Of a DNA stretch of 32,000 bases, positions 1 to 7,703 are shown one piece after another. The notes beneath the pieces were generated by a model. The model saw only the letters and a program-made list of their open reading frames with translations, was not told the origin of the DNA and searched no databases. The translations under genes were made by a program, and so were the position numbers. The stretch comes from Geotalea daltonii FRC-32. GTDB lineage: Bacteria > Desulfobacterota > Desulfuromonadia > Geobacterales > Geobacteraceae. The stretch covers positions 750,001 to 782,000 of the forward strand of contig NC_011979.1 in assembly GCF_000022265.1 (NCBI RefSeq), in the 5' to 3' direction. Numbering within the stretch: the first letter of the stretch is position 1; the number at the start of each line of letters is the position of its first letter.

Positions 1-1
1 G

Positions 2-127
2 GGAGATATCCACATCTGGCTCACTGATGACGAGCGGCGCATTCCGGTGAAAATGCGGTCCAAGGTCAAGATCGGCAGCATAACCGCCACATTGGCCGGG
101 GGGAGTTACTGGCCGGAGAAAAAGTAA
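2..127 (+). CDS. 3' end of a gene that starts upstream of the window (41 codons: GDIHIWLTDDERRIPVKMRSKVKIGSITATLAGGSYWPEKK*); tentatively a DUF3108-like C-terminus
   Basis: Frame 2 is open from the window edge to TAA at 125-127. It is absent from the ORF track because there is no in-window start. The family guess is from memory of a WxxDDxxRxPV...G C-terminal pattern and is weak. Confidence 0.4.
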   Translation, partial: GDIHIWLTDDERRIPVKMRSKVKIGSITATLAGGSYWPEKK

Positions 128-195
128 CATCGGGATTATTGCCTTCCCGCTGTTTTTGCAGCATAATTGCCGGACTTTTGTGATGAGGAGGAGCA

Positions 196-900
196 ATGAA
201 AAAGTATTTGTCGTTTTTGCTTGTCGTGCTCTGTTTCACAGTAATTACAGCAGGAGTGGCATCGGCAGCTTCTGCCAGGAAGGTTTATCTCAAGGATGGC
301 GCCGTCATAGAATGCCAGAAGGTGTGGCGTTCCGGCGGCAAGATTATGGTGCTGGTCAACAGGGATGTCCTTCTGGATTTTTCCACCGCCGAAGTGGACC
401 TGAAGAAGACTTTTACCAAAAAGGGAGTCGGGGCGAAAGGGAAGAAAAAGCACCTGAAAAAGCCTTTGATGCAAGGAAGTACAAGCAAAAAAGCCGCTAT
501 GCCGGTCCAGAAGCCGGTTTCATCGGTAAAGAAAGTTGCAGCACCTGCCAAGCCTGTCCCGGCAAAACCTGCGCCCCCCACACCTCCGGTTAAGCCTGCG
601 ACAGTACCTCCAACCACTCCGGCAGTTGCACAGAAAACAATTCTCCCTGTTCCTGGGGCTTCTCGGCCGGCAACCACACCCATATCTGGCACCCAGGCTG
701 CCCTGTCTTCGGCGAAAATAGCTGTAGCTGTACCCCAACCGCCCAAACCTGCGCCGCGGCCTGCCATAAAATTTGTTCCTCCCCCACCTCCGCCACCGGA
801 ACCTTTCTACAAGGACCCGCTGGTCCTTCAACTGGGAGGAGGAGGGCTGCTGATCGTATTGCTTCTGGTTCTACTGGTGATGAGGAAGAAGAAAGCTTGA
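196..900 (+). CDS. Exported proline-rich protein with a signal peptide, a small N-terminal domain, a long P/A/K/T-rich low-complexity linker and a C-terminal hydrophobic helix plus basic tail
   Basis: GAGGAGG lies just upstream of ATG 196. The N-terminus MKKYLSFLLVVLCFTVITAGVASA looks like a signal peptide. The linker contains runs such as PPPPPPPEP. The C-terminus is GGGGLLIVLLLVLLVMRKKKA. A perfect terminator hairpin follows. Confidence 0.75.
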   Translation: MKKYLSFLLVVLCFTVITAGVASAASARKVYLKDGAVIECQKVWRSGGKIMVLVNRDVLLDFSTAEVDLKKTFTKKGVGAKGKKKHLKKPLMQGSTSKKAAMPVQKPVSSVKKVAAPAKPVPAKPAPPTPPVKPATVPPTTPAVAQKTILPVPGASRPATTPISGTQAALSSAKIAVAVPQPPKPAPRPAIKFVPPPPPPPEPFYKDPLVLQLGGGGLLIVLLLVLLVMRKKKA

Positions 901-909
901 ATTGTTTCG

Positions 910-943
910 AAAAGCCGTTTCCCCTGAACAGGAAACGGCTTTT
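910..943 (+). terminator. Rho-independent terminator of the 196-900 gene
   Basis: Perfect 13-bp stem: AAAAGCCGTTTCC (910-922) pairs with GGAAACGGCTTTT (931-943), with an 8-nt loop. The 3' arm ends in TTTT. Confidence 0.7.
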
Positions 944-946
944 ACG

Positions 947-1170
947 TTCGCTATTGAAGCGGTCGATACAACCGGCGCCGGCGATGTTTTCATGGAGGCT
1001 ATATCTATGGTCTTCTGCAGGACTGGAGGCTTGAGGATGTACTTGCTTTTGCCTCGGTAGCCGCTGCCCTCAAATGCAAAACAATAGTGGGACGAAAGGG
1101 GATTCCTCTTCTGGCGGAGGTGTTTTCTTTTCTTAAGGAACGGACAGGAAAGGGTTTTCAGGAACAATGA
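947..1170 (+). pseudogene. C-terminal remnant of a PfkB-family (ribokinase-like) sugar kinase, lacking its N-terminal part and carrying a 1-nt frameshift
   Basis: Frame 2 (about 953-991) reads IEAVDTTGAGDVF. Frame 1 (991-1170) reads HGGYIYGLLQDWRLEDVLAFASVAAALKCKTIVGRKGIPLLAEVFSFLKERTGKGFQEQ*. Joined, they give the PfkB signature DTTGAGDxFxGG followed by the usual C-terminal helices. One base is missing in the T/C run at 987-991. There is no start codon or upstream homology; the terminator at 910-943 lies directly upstream. The stop TGA at 1168-1170 overlaps ATG 1167 of the next gene. Confidence 0.7.
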
Positions 1171-1604
1171 ACAATATTCTTCTTTTTTTTCTCATGTTTT
1201 GCGGCGGCCTCGCCGTAGCTATGCAACCTTCCATCAACAGCCGTCTGGCACAGAAAATCGGCTTTCTTGAAAGTTCCTGCATCTCATTCGCCGTGGGCAC
1301 TCTGGCACTTTATATCGTTGCCCTTGTGGCGGGCCGCGGCAGCTTCAGAAGCTTGTCGGAGGCCGCCTGGTGGGAGCTGTCCGGGGGATTGCTCGGGGCT
1401 TATTTTGTCTCCATGACCATTCTTGCCGTGCCGCGTATCGGCACCACTGCAGCCCTGGCTGCGACCATCGCAGCCCAGCTTTTGACCGGACTTGTTCTCG
1501 ATACCTTCGGGCTCTTCGGTTTCCGCCAGATCCCCTTCGATTTCAAACGCGCCGTTGGCGTGGGGCTTCTCATCGTTGGGGCCAGCCTGATTTTCCGCAG
1601 ATGA
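1167..1604 (+). CDS. DMT-superfamily small membrane protein, DUF606/YdcZ-like (5 predicted TM helices)
   Basis: 145 aa and very hydrophobic, with the pattern MQPSINSRLA...LSGGLLGAYFV...PRIGTTAALAATIAAQLLTGLVLDTFG typical of DUF606. Confidence 0.7.
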   Translation: MNNILLFFLMFCGGLAVAMQPSINSRLAQKIGFLESSCISFAVGTLALYIVALVAGRGSFRSLSEAAWWELSGGLLGAYFVSMTILAVPRIGTTAALAATIAAQLLTGLVLDTFGLFGFRQIPFDFKRAVGVGLLIVGASLIFRR

Positions 1605-1620
1605 GGGAGAATGAAAGCCC

Positions 1621-2040
1621 ATGACCACCTTTGCCGTAAGTGAAGAAAAAAACCGCTGGCTGCGCCAGAAGATGGATCTTCTCGGGGTCAGGGAGGAGGA
1701 TCTGGATGAGCAGTTTATCCGTTCTTCTGGCAAAGGAGGGCAGCATGTGAACAAGACTTCCACCTGTGTCTATCTGAGGCATAGACCGACCGGCATCGAG
1801 GTCAAATGCATGGCCGAACGGAGCCAGTCCCTGAACCGGTTCCTGGCCCGGCGCCAGTTGCTGGAGAAGATCGAAAGTGCGACGGGCAAGCCTACATCTG
1901 CGGATCTGAAGCGTGACAGGGCGCGGAAGCAGAAGGCGAGAAGGAAAAAGAGGGCCATGGACAAGTATGCTGCAAGGTCAGACAGCCCAGGTGAGGAGCA
2001 GGCACAGGGTAACGAAGATATAGAGGATGTAGAGGGGTAA
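1621..2040 (+). CDS. Stand-alone GGQ-domain protein (class I release factor domain / ArfB-like peptidyl-tRNA hydrolase)
   Basis: Motifs SGKGGQHVNKTSTCVYLRHRPTGIEV...ERSQSLNR, then a basic stretch KRDRARKQKARRKKR and an acidic tail. GGGAGA lies about 10 nt upstream of the ATG. Confidence 0.7.
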   Translation: MTTFAVSEEKNRWLRQKMDLLGVREEDLDEQFIRSSGKGGQHVNKTSTCVYLRHRPTGIEVKCMAERSQSLNRFLARRQLLEKIESATGKPTSADLKRDRARKQKARRKKRAMDKYAARSDSPGEEQAQGNEDIEDVEG

Positions 2041-3945
2041 CTGGCCGTGCTGCAGCTTTCGGATGTGGTTGAACTTGCGATCGGCGGCTGCAAAAAGAGG
2101 AATGATTGCCAGTTCCAGTACTGCTTCTGGCACATGGCTGCTGAAGCGGGTTTTGGCAGGGATGGTGCCGGTAAGCTCGGGATTTTTCATGTGGGGGTGA
2201 AGAACCCCACGGAAGAGCTTGACGATCATCTCGGCAAAGGAGGAGGAGCTGTATTGCATGCGGGGCGTCGGCCTAAGGTAACCACAGCCCCAGGTTACCG
2301 TGCGTGCATGTTTGCTAGTCCTTGGCTTGCGCAATAGGCTGAAAGCCATAAAAGCCGCTGCTGCCAGCAGGACCATGCCCAAAGCGGTGATCCACCCCAA
2401 GGGCGCGGCAGAGAGAAGCATCTGACCATTAATGGCCGGTGCCGGTAACCAGCTGGAGACGGCCGATTGCAGGAGACCGGCTGCCAGTTGCGGGAAGAGA
2501 CCGATTACGGCACAGAGTGAAGCTAAAGCAATCATTGGCAGCCGCATCGGCCACCCGGCCTCATGAATATTGCTTGTTTCACTGTTGCGGGCGGTGCCCA
2601 AAAATGTAATGCCGCAAACCTTGACGAAACAGGCCACCGCCAATGCTCCTACCATAGCCAGGGCCGGCGCAGCCAGAGCCATCACCGGCACGGCAGCACC
2701 ATTTCCCCCATTAACCCCATTGAATATACCCAGATAGATCAGGTATTCGCTGACGAAGCCGTTCAACGGCGGCAAGCCGCAAATGGCCACTGCGCCCACC
2801 AGAAACAGGGCTGAAGTCCATGGCATTGATTTTGCTATGCCACCCATGAGATCTATTTCCCTGGTGTGACTGCTGTGAATTACCGAGCCGGCTCCCAGAA
2901 AGAGCAGGGATTTGAAGATGGCATGGTTCAAGGTGTGGAGGAGGGCTCCGGACATTCCCAGCAGGGAGAGCAGGGGCAGGTTGAACGCCAGGCCGATAAC
3001 CGCCAGGCCGATACCGATGAAGATGATGCCGATGTTTTCGATGCTGTGATAAGCCAGCAGGCGCTTTATGTCATGCTGGCCCAGGGCGAATACGACTCCC
3101 ATGATGGCTGAAATGATCCCGGCGATCAGTAGCGTCATGCCCCACCACATGGGGGGATGGGGAAAAAATGATAGTATGCGGAGCAGCCCGTACACACCCA
3201 TCTTGATCATGACTCCTGACATGATGGCAGAGATATGGGAAGGTGCAGAGGCATGGGCCGAAGGAAGCCAGACGTGCAGCGGCATCAGACCTGCTTTCAT
3301 GCCGAAGCCGAAAAGTGCTGTGCAGAAAATGGCAGCGGCAACCGGGGCTGACGGTGTTAGCCCGGCCATGGCTGAAAACTGGTAGGAGGAGGCGGCAACG
3401 CCGAGCAGGCTGAACAGGGCAAACAACGCCAGGGTTCCGGTATGGGTGGCAATCATGTAAAGCAGTCCTGCATCCTGCACATCCTGTTTATGGTCTTCTG
3501 TGGTCAGGACGAAAAATGCGGACAATGCCATTACCTCCCAGGCCAGGAGGAAAAGAATGCCATTTCTGGCAGTAATGAGGATCAGAAGCGATGCGGTCAG
3601 AATGCCGAAAAAGAAAGTAAGCCTGCGCCAGGTTTTAGGATTGGCATCAGCCGCCCAATAACTGGTGCTGTACAAACTGCAGCAGGTTGAGACAATGAGC
3701 ACCGGCAGGAGAAAAAATGCGGAAAGATGATCCACGCCGAAATCACACGGCCCGAATGGCAATGTGTCGAAGACGCTGAACGTTGCAGCTTTTCCGGTGA
3801 TGAAGAAGACTGCGACGCCTGCCAGGCCTGTCAGTGCGGCCATGATAATGAAAAAGGTGGCTGCTGCCTGGCCGAGCGAGGAACGACCTTTCATGAGCAG
3901 GGGGAGCACGCCTGAGACTGCGGCAAAACCGGCACTCATTGCCAC
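1978..3945 (-). CDS. Proton-conducting membrane transporter subunit of the NuoL/MnhA/HyfB family (hydrogenase-4 subunit B-like), apparently monocistronic
   Basis: 655 aa and polytopic. Motifs LLAWEVMALSAFFVL, FGFGMKAGLMPLHVWLPSAHASAPSHISAIMSGVMIKMGVYG and LLAYHSIENIG match the antiporter-like module. The C-terminus resembles HyfB. The start is GTG 3945 (or ATG 3939) with no clear SD. Confidence 0.8.
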   Translation of the reverse strand: MAMSAGFAAVSGVLPLLMKGRSSLGQAAATFFIIMAALTGLAGVAVFFITGKAATFSVFDTLPFGPCDFGVDHLSAFFLLPVLIVSTCCSLYSTSYWAADANPKTWRRLTFFFGILTASLLILITARNGILFLLAWEVMALSAFFVLTTEDHKQDVQDAGLLYMIATHTGTLALFALFSLLGVAASSYQFSAMAGLTPSAPVAAAIFCTALFGFGMKAGLMPLHVWLPSAHASAPSHISAIMSGVMIKMGVYGLLRILSFFPHPPMWWGMTLLIAGIISAIMGVVFALGQHDIKRLLAYHSIENIGIIFIGIGLAVIGLAFNLPLLSLLGMSGALLHTLNHAIFKSLLFLGAGSVIHSSHTREIDLMGGIAKSMPWTSALFLVGAVAICGLPPLNGFVSEYLIYLGIFNGVNGGNGAAVPVMALAAPALAMVGALAVACFVKVCGITFLGTARNSETSNIHEAGWPMRLPMIALASLCAVIGLFPQLAAGLLQSAVSSWLPAPAINGQMLLSAAPLGWITALGMVLLAAAAFMAFSLLRKPRTSKHARTVTWGCGYLRPTPRMQYSSSSFAEMIVKLFRGVLHPHMKNPELTGTIPAKTRFSSHVPEAVLELAIIPLFAAADRKFNHIRKLQHGQLPLYILYIFVTLCLLLTWAV

Positions 3946-4014
3946 AAGAACTGCAGGGTCTGTGATGGGTACGTTGACCAGAGGCTTTTCTCCTTCAAAA
4001 CAGAAGGTGTTAAG

Positions 4015-4043
4015 ATTATATGGTGCAGGTAGGCAAGCGTCAA
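4015..4043 (-). promoter_or_regulatory. Near-consensus sigma70 promoter for the HyfB-like gene
   Basis: Read on the minus strand: TTGACG (4043-4038), a 17-nt spacer, then TATAAT (4020-4015), about 70 nt upstream of the start codon. Confidence 0.55.
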
Positions 4044-4138
4044 TAAAAGTTATATAAGGAGAAAAAGTAACTTGAAGATTTTAAATAATGTGAGATTATT
4101 TTAATATTACGTGTCGGTGATAATGTCAATAAATTGTA

Positions 4139-4168
4139 TTGACAAAGGCGATAATTGCGGTTTATAAA
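4139..4168 (+). promoter_or_regulatory. Candidate sigma70 promoter of rho with a long leader
   Basis: TTGACA (4139-4144), a 17-18 nt spacer, then TTATAA/TATAAA (4162-4168), in an AT-rich divergent intergenic region. The leader to ATG 4383 is about 205 nt. Confidence 0.5.
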
Positions 4169-4382
4169 ATTATCAATCCTCGATTGTCCCAGTTTTCATA
4201 TTGCCTCAGCACTCATACCGAGAAAAACCGACACCCCATAGACGCAGAACCCAACATTAAATTACAAACTCCGACGACCAGCATTTCCCCTTCATTCCTA
4301 TGTGTAATCACGTGGAAAAAATAAAGCTTATTGAAGTATTGTTTTGCCGACAAAGGCATATTTGCGTCACCGCAGGAGACCT

Positions 4383-5630
4383 ATGAACTTACAAGAATTA
4401 AAAGGTAAAAAAATCAATGAACTGGCGGCCATTGCCAAGGGGCTGAACATTGAGGGGGCATCAAGCCTGCGCAAACAGGACCTGATTTTTGCCATCCTCA
4501 ATGCCCAGACCGAGAAAAATGGCATGATCTTTGGCGAGGGGGTGCTGGAAACCCTTCCCGATGGCTTCGGTTTTCTCCGGGCGCCGGATTACAACTATCT
4601 GCCGGGGCCGGATGATATTTATGTGAGCCCCAGTCAGATCCGCCGCTTCAATCTCCATACCGGCGATACGGTTTCGGGGCAGATCAGGCCTCCAAAGGAG
4701 GGTGAGCGTTATTTTGCCCTGCTCAAGGTGGAGTCGGTCAATCACGAATCTCCCGATGTTGCCAGGGACAAGATCCTCTTCGACAACCTCACCCCCCTTT
4801 ACCCCGAAGAGAAGTTGAAGCTGGAAACGACCCCGGAAAACATGTCCATGCGGGTCATGGAGCTGATCGCTCCCATCGGCAAGGGGCAGCGCGGCCTGAT
4901 CGTCGCACCTCCCCGAACCGGCAAGACCATGCTTATCCAGAACATTGCCAACTCCATCGCCGAAAACCATCCGGAAGTTTTCCTGATAGTCCTGTTAATC
5001 GACGAAAGGCCGGAAGAGGTCACCGACATGCAGCGGTCGGTCAATGGCGAGGTTATTTCATCCACCTTCGACGAGCCTGCCTCGCGGCACATCCAGGTGG
5101 CCGAGATGGTTATCGAGAAGGCCAAGCGCCTTGTGGAGCACAAACGGGATGTGGTCATACTCCTTGATTCCATTACCCGTCTGGCCCGTGCCTATAATAC
5201 CGTCATTCCCCCTTCCGGAAAAATTCTTTCCGGTGGTGTGGATTCCAATGCCCTGCATAAGCCGAAACGCTTTTTCGGCGCCGCCCGCAATATCGAAGAA
5301 GGTGGGTCGTTGACCATTATCGCTACCGCCCTGGTCGATACCGGTAGCAAAATGGACGAGGTCATCTTCGAAGAATTCAAAGGCACCGGCAACATGGAGC
5401 TTCATCTGGATCGCAAGCTCGTGGAAAAACGGACCTTTCCTGCCATCGATATCAACAAGTCCGGAACCCGGAAGGAAGAGCTGCTCATCGAAAAGAACTC
5501 CCTCAACCGCATCTGGATTTTGCGCAAGGTTCTCCATCCGATGAATGTTGTAGACAGCATGGAATTTCTCCTTTCAAAACTGGACGGAACCAAGAGTAAT
5601 CAGGCATTTCTGGACTCCATGAGCAAGTGA
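4383..5630 (+). CDS. rho: Transcription termination factor Rho
   Basis: N-terminus [27 protein letters not shown], an RNA-binding domain, Walker A PPRTGKT, and a classic Rho C-terminus. AGGAGA sits 5 nt upstream of ATG 4383. The track start at 4344 is a TTG extension with no RBS. Confidence 0.95.
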   Translation: MNLQELKGKKINELAAIAKGLNIEGASSLRKQDLIFAILNAQTEKNGMIFGEGVLETLPDGFGFLRAPDYNYLPGPDDIYVSPSQIRRFNLHTGDTVSGQIRPPKEGERYFALLKVESVNHESPDVARDKILFDNLTPLYPEEKLKLETTPENMSMRVMELIAPIGKGQRGLIVAPPRTGKTMLIQNIANSIAENHPEVFLIVLLIDERPEEVTDMQRSVNGEVISSTFDEPASRHIQVAEMVIEKAKRLVEHKRDVVILLDSITRLARAYNTVIPPSGKILSGGVDSNALHKPKRFFGAARNIEEGGSLTIIATALVDTGSKMDEVIFEEFKGTGNMELHLDRKLVEKRTFPAIDINKSGTRKEELLIEKNSLNRIWILRKVLHPMNVVDSMEFLLSKLDGTKSNQAFLDSMSK

Positions 5631-5638
5631 AAAAGAGC

Positions 5639-5667
5639 TTGAAACTTTAAACCAATAGTGCTAATTT
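5639..5667 (+). promoter_or_regulatory. Candidate extended -10 sigma70 promoter for rpmE
   Basis: TTGAAA (5639-5644), a 17-nt spacer ending in TGC, then TAATTT (5662-5667). Confidence 0.4.
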
Positions 5668-5731
5668 TATTACTTTCGATTCGCAAATTAAAATAAGAGC
5701 TCAGGGGGGTGCCCCTGCTAAGGAGGAAGCT

Positions 5732-5929
5732 ATGAGAGAAGGAATTCATCCCAAGTACAACGAGGTTACGGTAAAATGCCTGTGTGGCAATACCTTCCAG
5801 ACCCGTTCCACCAAGCCGGAAATTTCGACGGAGATCTGCTCTGCCTGCCATCCGTTCTTTACCGGCAAGCAGAAGCTTGTTGACACCGCTGGTCGTGTCG
5901 AGCGGTTCAAGAAAAGATACGGCATGTAA
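5732..5929 (+). CDS. rpmE: 50S ribosomal protein L31 (Cys-containing, zinc-ribbon type)
   Basis: MREGIHPKY...CLCGNTF...[13 protein letters not shown]; AAGGAGG RBS. Confidence 0.95.
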   Translation: MREGIHPKYNEVTVKCLCGNTFQTRSTKPEISTEICSACHPFFTGKQKLVDTAGRVERFKKRYGM

Positions 5930-5951
5930 CAAGGCCCCAGCCTTGAAGATT

Positions 5952-5996
5952 ATGAGGGGATTTTGTCCATGGCGAAATCCCCTCATCTGTTTTTTA
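5952..5996 (+). terminator. Rho-independent terminator after rpmE
   Basis: ATGAGGGGATTT (5952-5963) pairs with AAATCCCCTCAT (5975-5986), followed by CTGTTTTTT. Confidence 0.7.
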
Positions 5997-6030
5997 AGCA
6001 GGTCTGCAAAAGTACAAGCCAAGGACATCA

Positions 6031-6720
6031 ATGAAGGTTGCTCTTCTCCAACACACCCCCGATCCGGAACTCACCGTAGCCCTTGCTGCGCGCCTCTGCT
6101 ATTCCAAAGTGGGCATCGACGAGCTGAAGCAGAAACTCACCAGCAGTGATATCGATTCCTTCCTTGACAAGATCATGTCCCTCGGCCATCAATCAGTCCT
6201 GGAGCATGCCTCTTTTACCTTCGGTATCGAAGGCATTTCAAGGGTAACTTCCCACCAGTTGGTTCGCCATCGTGTTGCCTCCTATTCCCAGCAGTCCCAG
6301 CGCTATGTCTCCCACAAGGAACAGTTTGCGGTGGTGGTGCCACCAGAGATTGCCAAGAATCCCGAGATGCTGGAGATGTTTCAGGAACAGATGGGGCAGC
6401 TGCATGAATGTTATGCCCGGATGGTAGATGGGGGAATTCCAGCGGAAGATGCCCGTTACCTGCTGCCCAATGCAACCGAGACCAAGATAGTGGTAACCAT
6501 GAACGCCCGGGAGTTACTGCATTTTTTTGCGGTACGATGCTGCGAACGCGCCCAGTGGGAAATCAGGGCCATGTCCGTTGAGATGCTCAGGCTTGTTCGG
6601 GATATTGCCCCGATTATCTTCCGCAATGCAGGTCCAGGTTGTTTAGGCGGGCCATGTCCTGAGGGGAAAATGACCTGTGGCAGGGCTCAAGAAATCAGGG
6701 AGAAATTCCATAACCTGTAA
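6031..6720 (+). CDS. thyX: FAD-dependent thymidylate synthase ThyX
   Basis: ThyX signature RHRVASYSQQSQRY, plus SVLEHASFTF. Confidence 0.9.
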   Translation: MKVALLQHTPDPELTVALAARLCYSKVGIDELKQKLTSSDIDSFLDKIMSLGHQSVLEHASFTFGIEGISRVTSHQLVRHRVASYSQQSQRYVSHKEQFAVVVPPEIAKNPEMLEMFQEQMGQLHECYARMVDGGIPAEDARYLLPNATETKIVVTMNARELLHFFAVRCCERAQWEIRAMSVEMLRLVRDIAPIIFRNAGPGCLGGPCPEGKMTCGRAQEIREKFHNL

Positions 6721-6757
6721 GTGGCAGGGGAAGCCTGCCAAAGGCGGTGAGGTCTTA

Positions 6758-7672
6758 ATGAGCAAAATAAATATCGGTGGACAGGCAGTAATTGAGGGAG
6801 TAATGATGCGGGCGCCCCGCTCCATGGCCATTGCTGTCAGGCGTCCATCCGGAGAGATCGTGGTAAAGAAGGATGAAGTTATTCCCCTTTCCGAACGATT
6901 TCCAGTGGTAAAGCTTCCCATCATCCGTGGAGCAGTGGCTCTGTTCTCGTCCCTGATCATCGGCATTACGGCCTTGAATTTTTCTGCAAACGAGGCAATG
7001 GCTGAGGAAGAAAAGGAAGAAGGCAAAAAGGACATATCTTCCTGGGCCATGGCAGGCACCATGGCAGTGGCCTTCGGCTTCGGCATCCTCCTCTTTTTCA
7101 TTCTGCCCCTTTACCTGACCAAGCTTCTCGTCCCCATCATCGGCGATTCAAACATTGTTTTTAATCTGGTAGATGGTGTCATCAGGGTAGCGGTGTTCAT
7201 CCTCTATATCTTTTCCATTTCCCGTATGAATGATATTCAGCGGGTGTTCCAGTATCACGGTGCCGAACACAAGTCCATCTTCGCCTTTGAGGCCGGAGAG
7301 GACCTGACGGTGGAAAACGTGCGCAAGTACAGCTGTCTGCATCCCCGCTGCGGTACCAGTTTCCTGCTCATCGTCATGCTGGTCAGTATTCTTGTTTTCT
7401 CCCTCATCCCCAAGCTGTGGCCTTTTTATCTCAAGGCGGGCTCAAGGGTGGTGCTTTTGCCCTTGATTGCCGGCTTATCCTACGAGATTCTCAAATGGAG
7501 CGCCAAGCATGACCATCTGCCCATAGTCAAGCTCCTTATCTCTCCGGGACTGGCCCTGCAACGCCTGACGACCAGGGAGCCGGACGACAGCCAGCTTGAG
7601 GTGGCAATCCGTTCCATGGAGGAAGCACTGGAAGTAAACGCCGGATACAAGGATGACCGTCTTGTTGTTTAA
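6758..7672 (+). CDS. DUF1385 (YqhQ-like) membrane protein
   Basis: MSKINIGGQAVIEGVMMRAP...YHGAEHK is typical of DUF1385. ATG 6758 follows GGTGAGG. The track start at 6677 overlaps thyX and is unlikely. Confidence 0.8.
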   Translation: MSKINIGGQAVIEGVMMRAPRSMAIAVRRPSGEIVVKKDEVIPLSERFPVVKLPIIRGAVALFSSLIIGITALNFSANEAMAEEEKEEGKKDISSWAMAGTMAVAFGFGILLFFILPLYLTKLLVPIIGDSNIVFNLVDGVIRVAVFILYIFSISRMNDIQRVFQYHGAEHKSIFAFEAGEDLTVENVRKYSCLHPRCGTSFLLIVMLVSILVFSLIPKLWPFYLKAGSRVVLLPLIAGLSYEILKWSAKHDHLPIVKLLISPGLALQRLTTREPDDSQLEVAIRSMEEALEVNAGYKDDRLVV

Positions 7673-7703
7673 CTGTTGAACATATATATTTTGAGGTTGT
7701 CGG

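Noticed and set aside
871-1167. 98-aa minus-strand ORF between the proline-rich gene and the DUF606 gene
   Set aside because: It is antisense to the PfkB-kinase relic, whose plus-strand translation carries a clear family signature. The minus-strand product has no features and spans a terminator hairpin.
4139-4324. 61-aa plus-strand ORF in the hyfB-like/rho intergenic region
   Set aside because: It begins at the TTG of the putative -35 hexamer, has no RBS, and lies in the rho leader. The C-rich composition explains the open frame.
4344-4382. N-terminal extensions given by the longest-ORF track: rho 4344, DUF1385 6677, murA 9774, hisD 11711, hisB 13032, folE2 22061, ilvA 24974, OMP 26796, comM 27862, vsr 29829, GIY-YIG 30424
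   Set aside because: Most of the extensions start at TTG or GTG without an SD. Many overlap the upstream gene or a repeat. They add residues absent from the conserved family N-termini. An internal start with a good SD exists in nearly every case; folE2 remains ambiguous.
5702-5717. Hairpin CAGGGG-GGTG-CCCCTG in the rpmE 5' UTR as an L31 autoregulatory site
   Set aside because: The stem is only 6 bp, it does not include the SD, and I cannot verify similarity to the known E. coli rpmE leader. It is plausible but unsupported.
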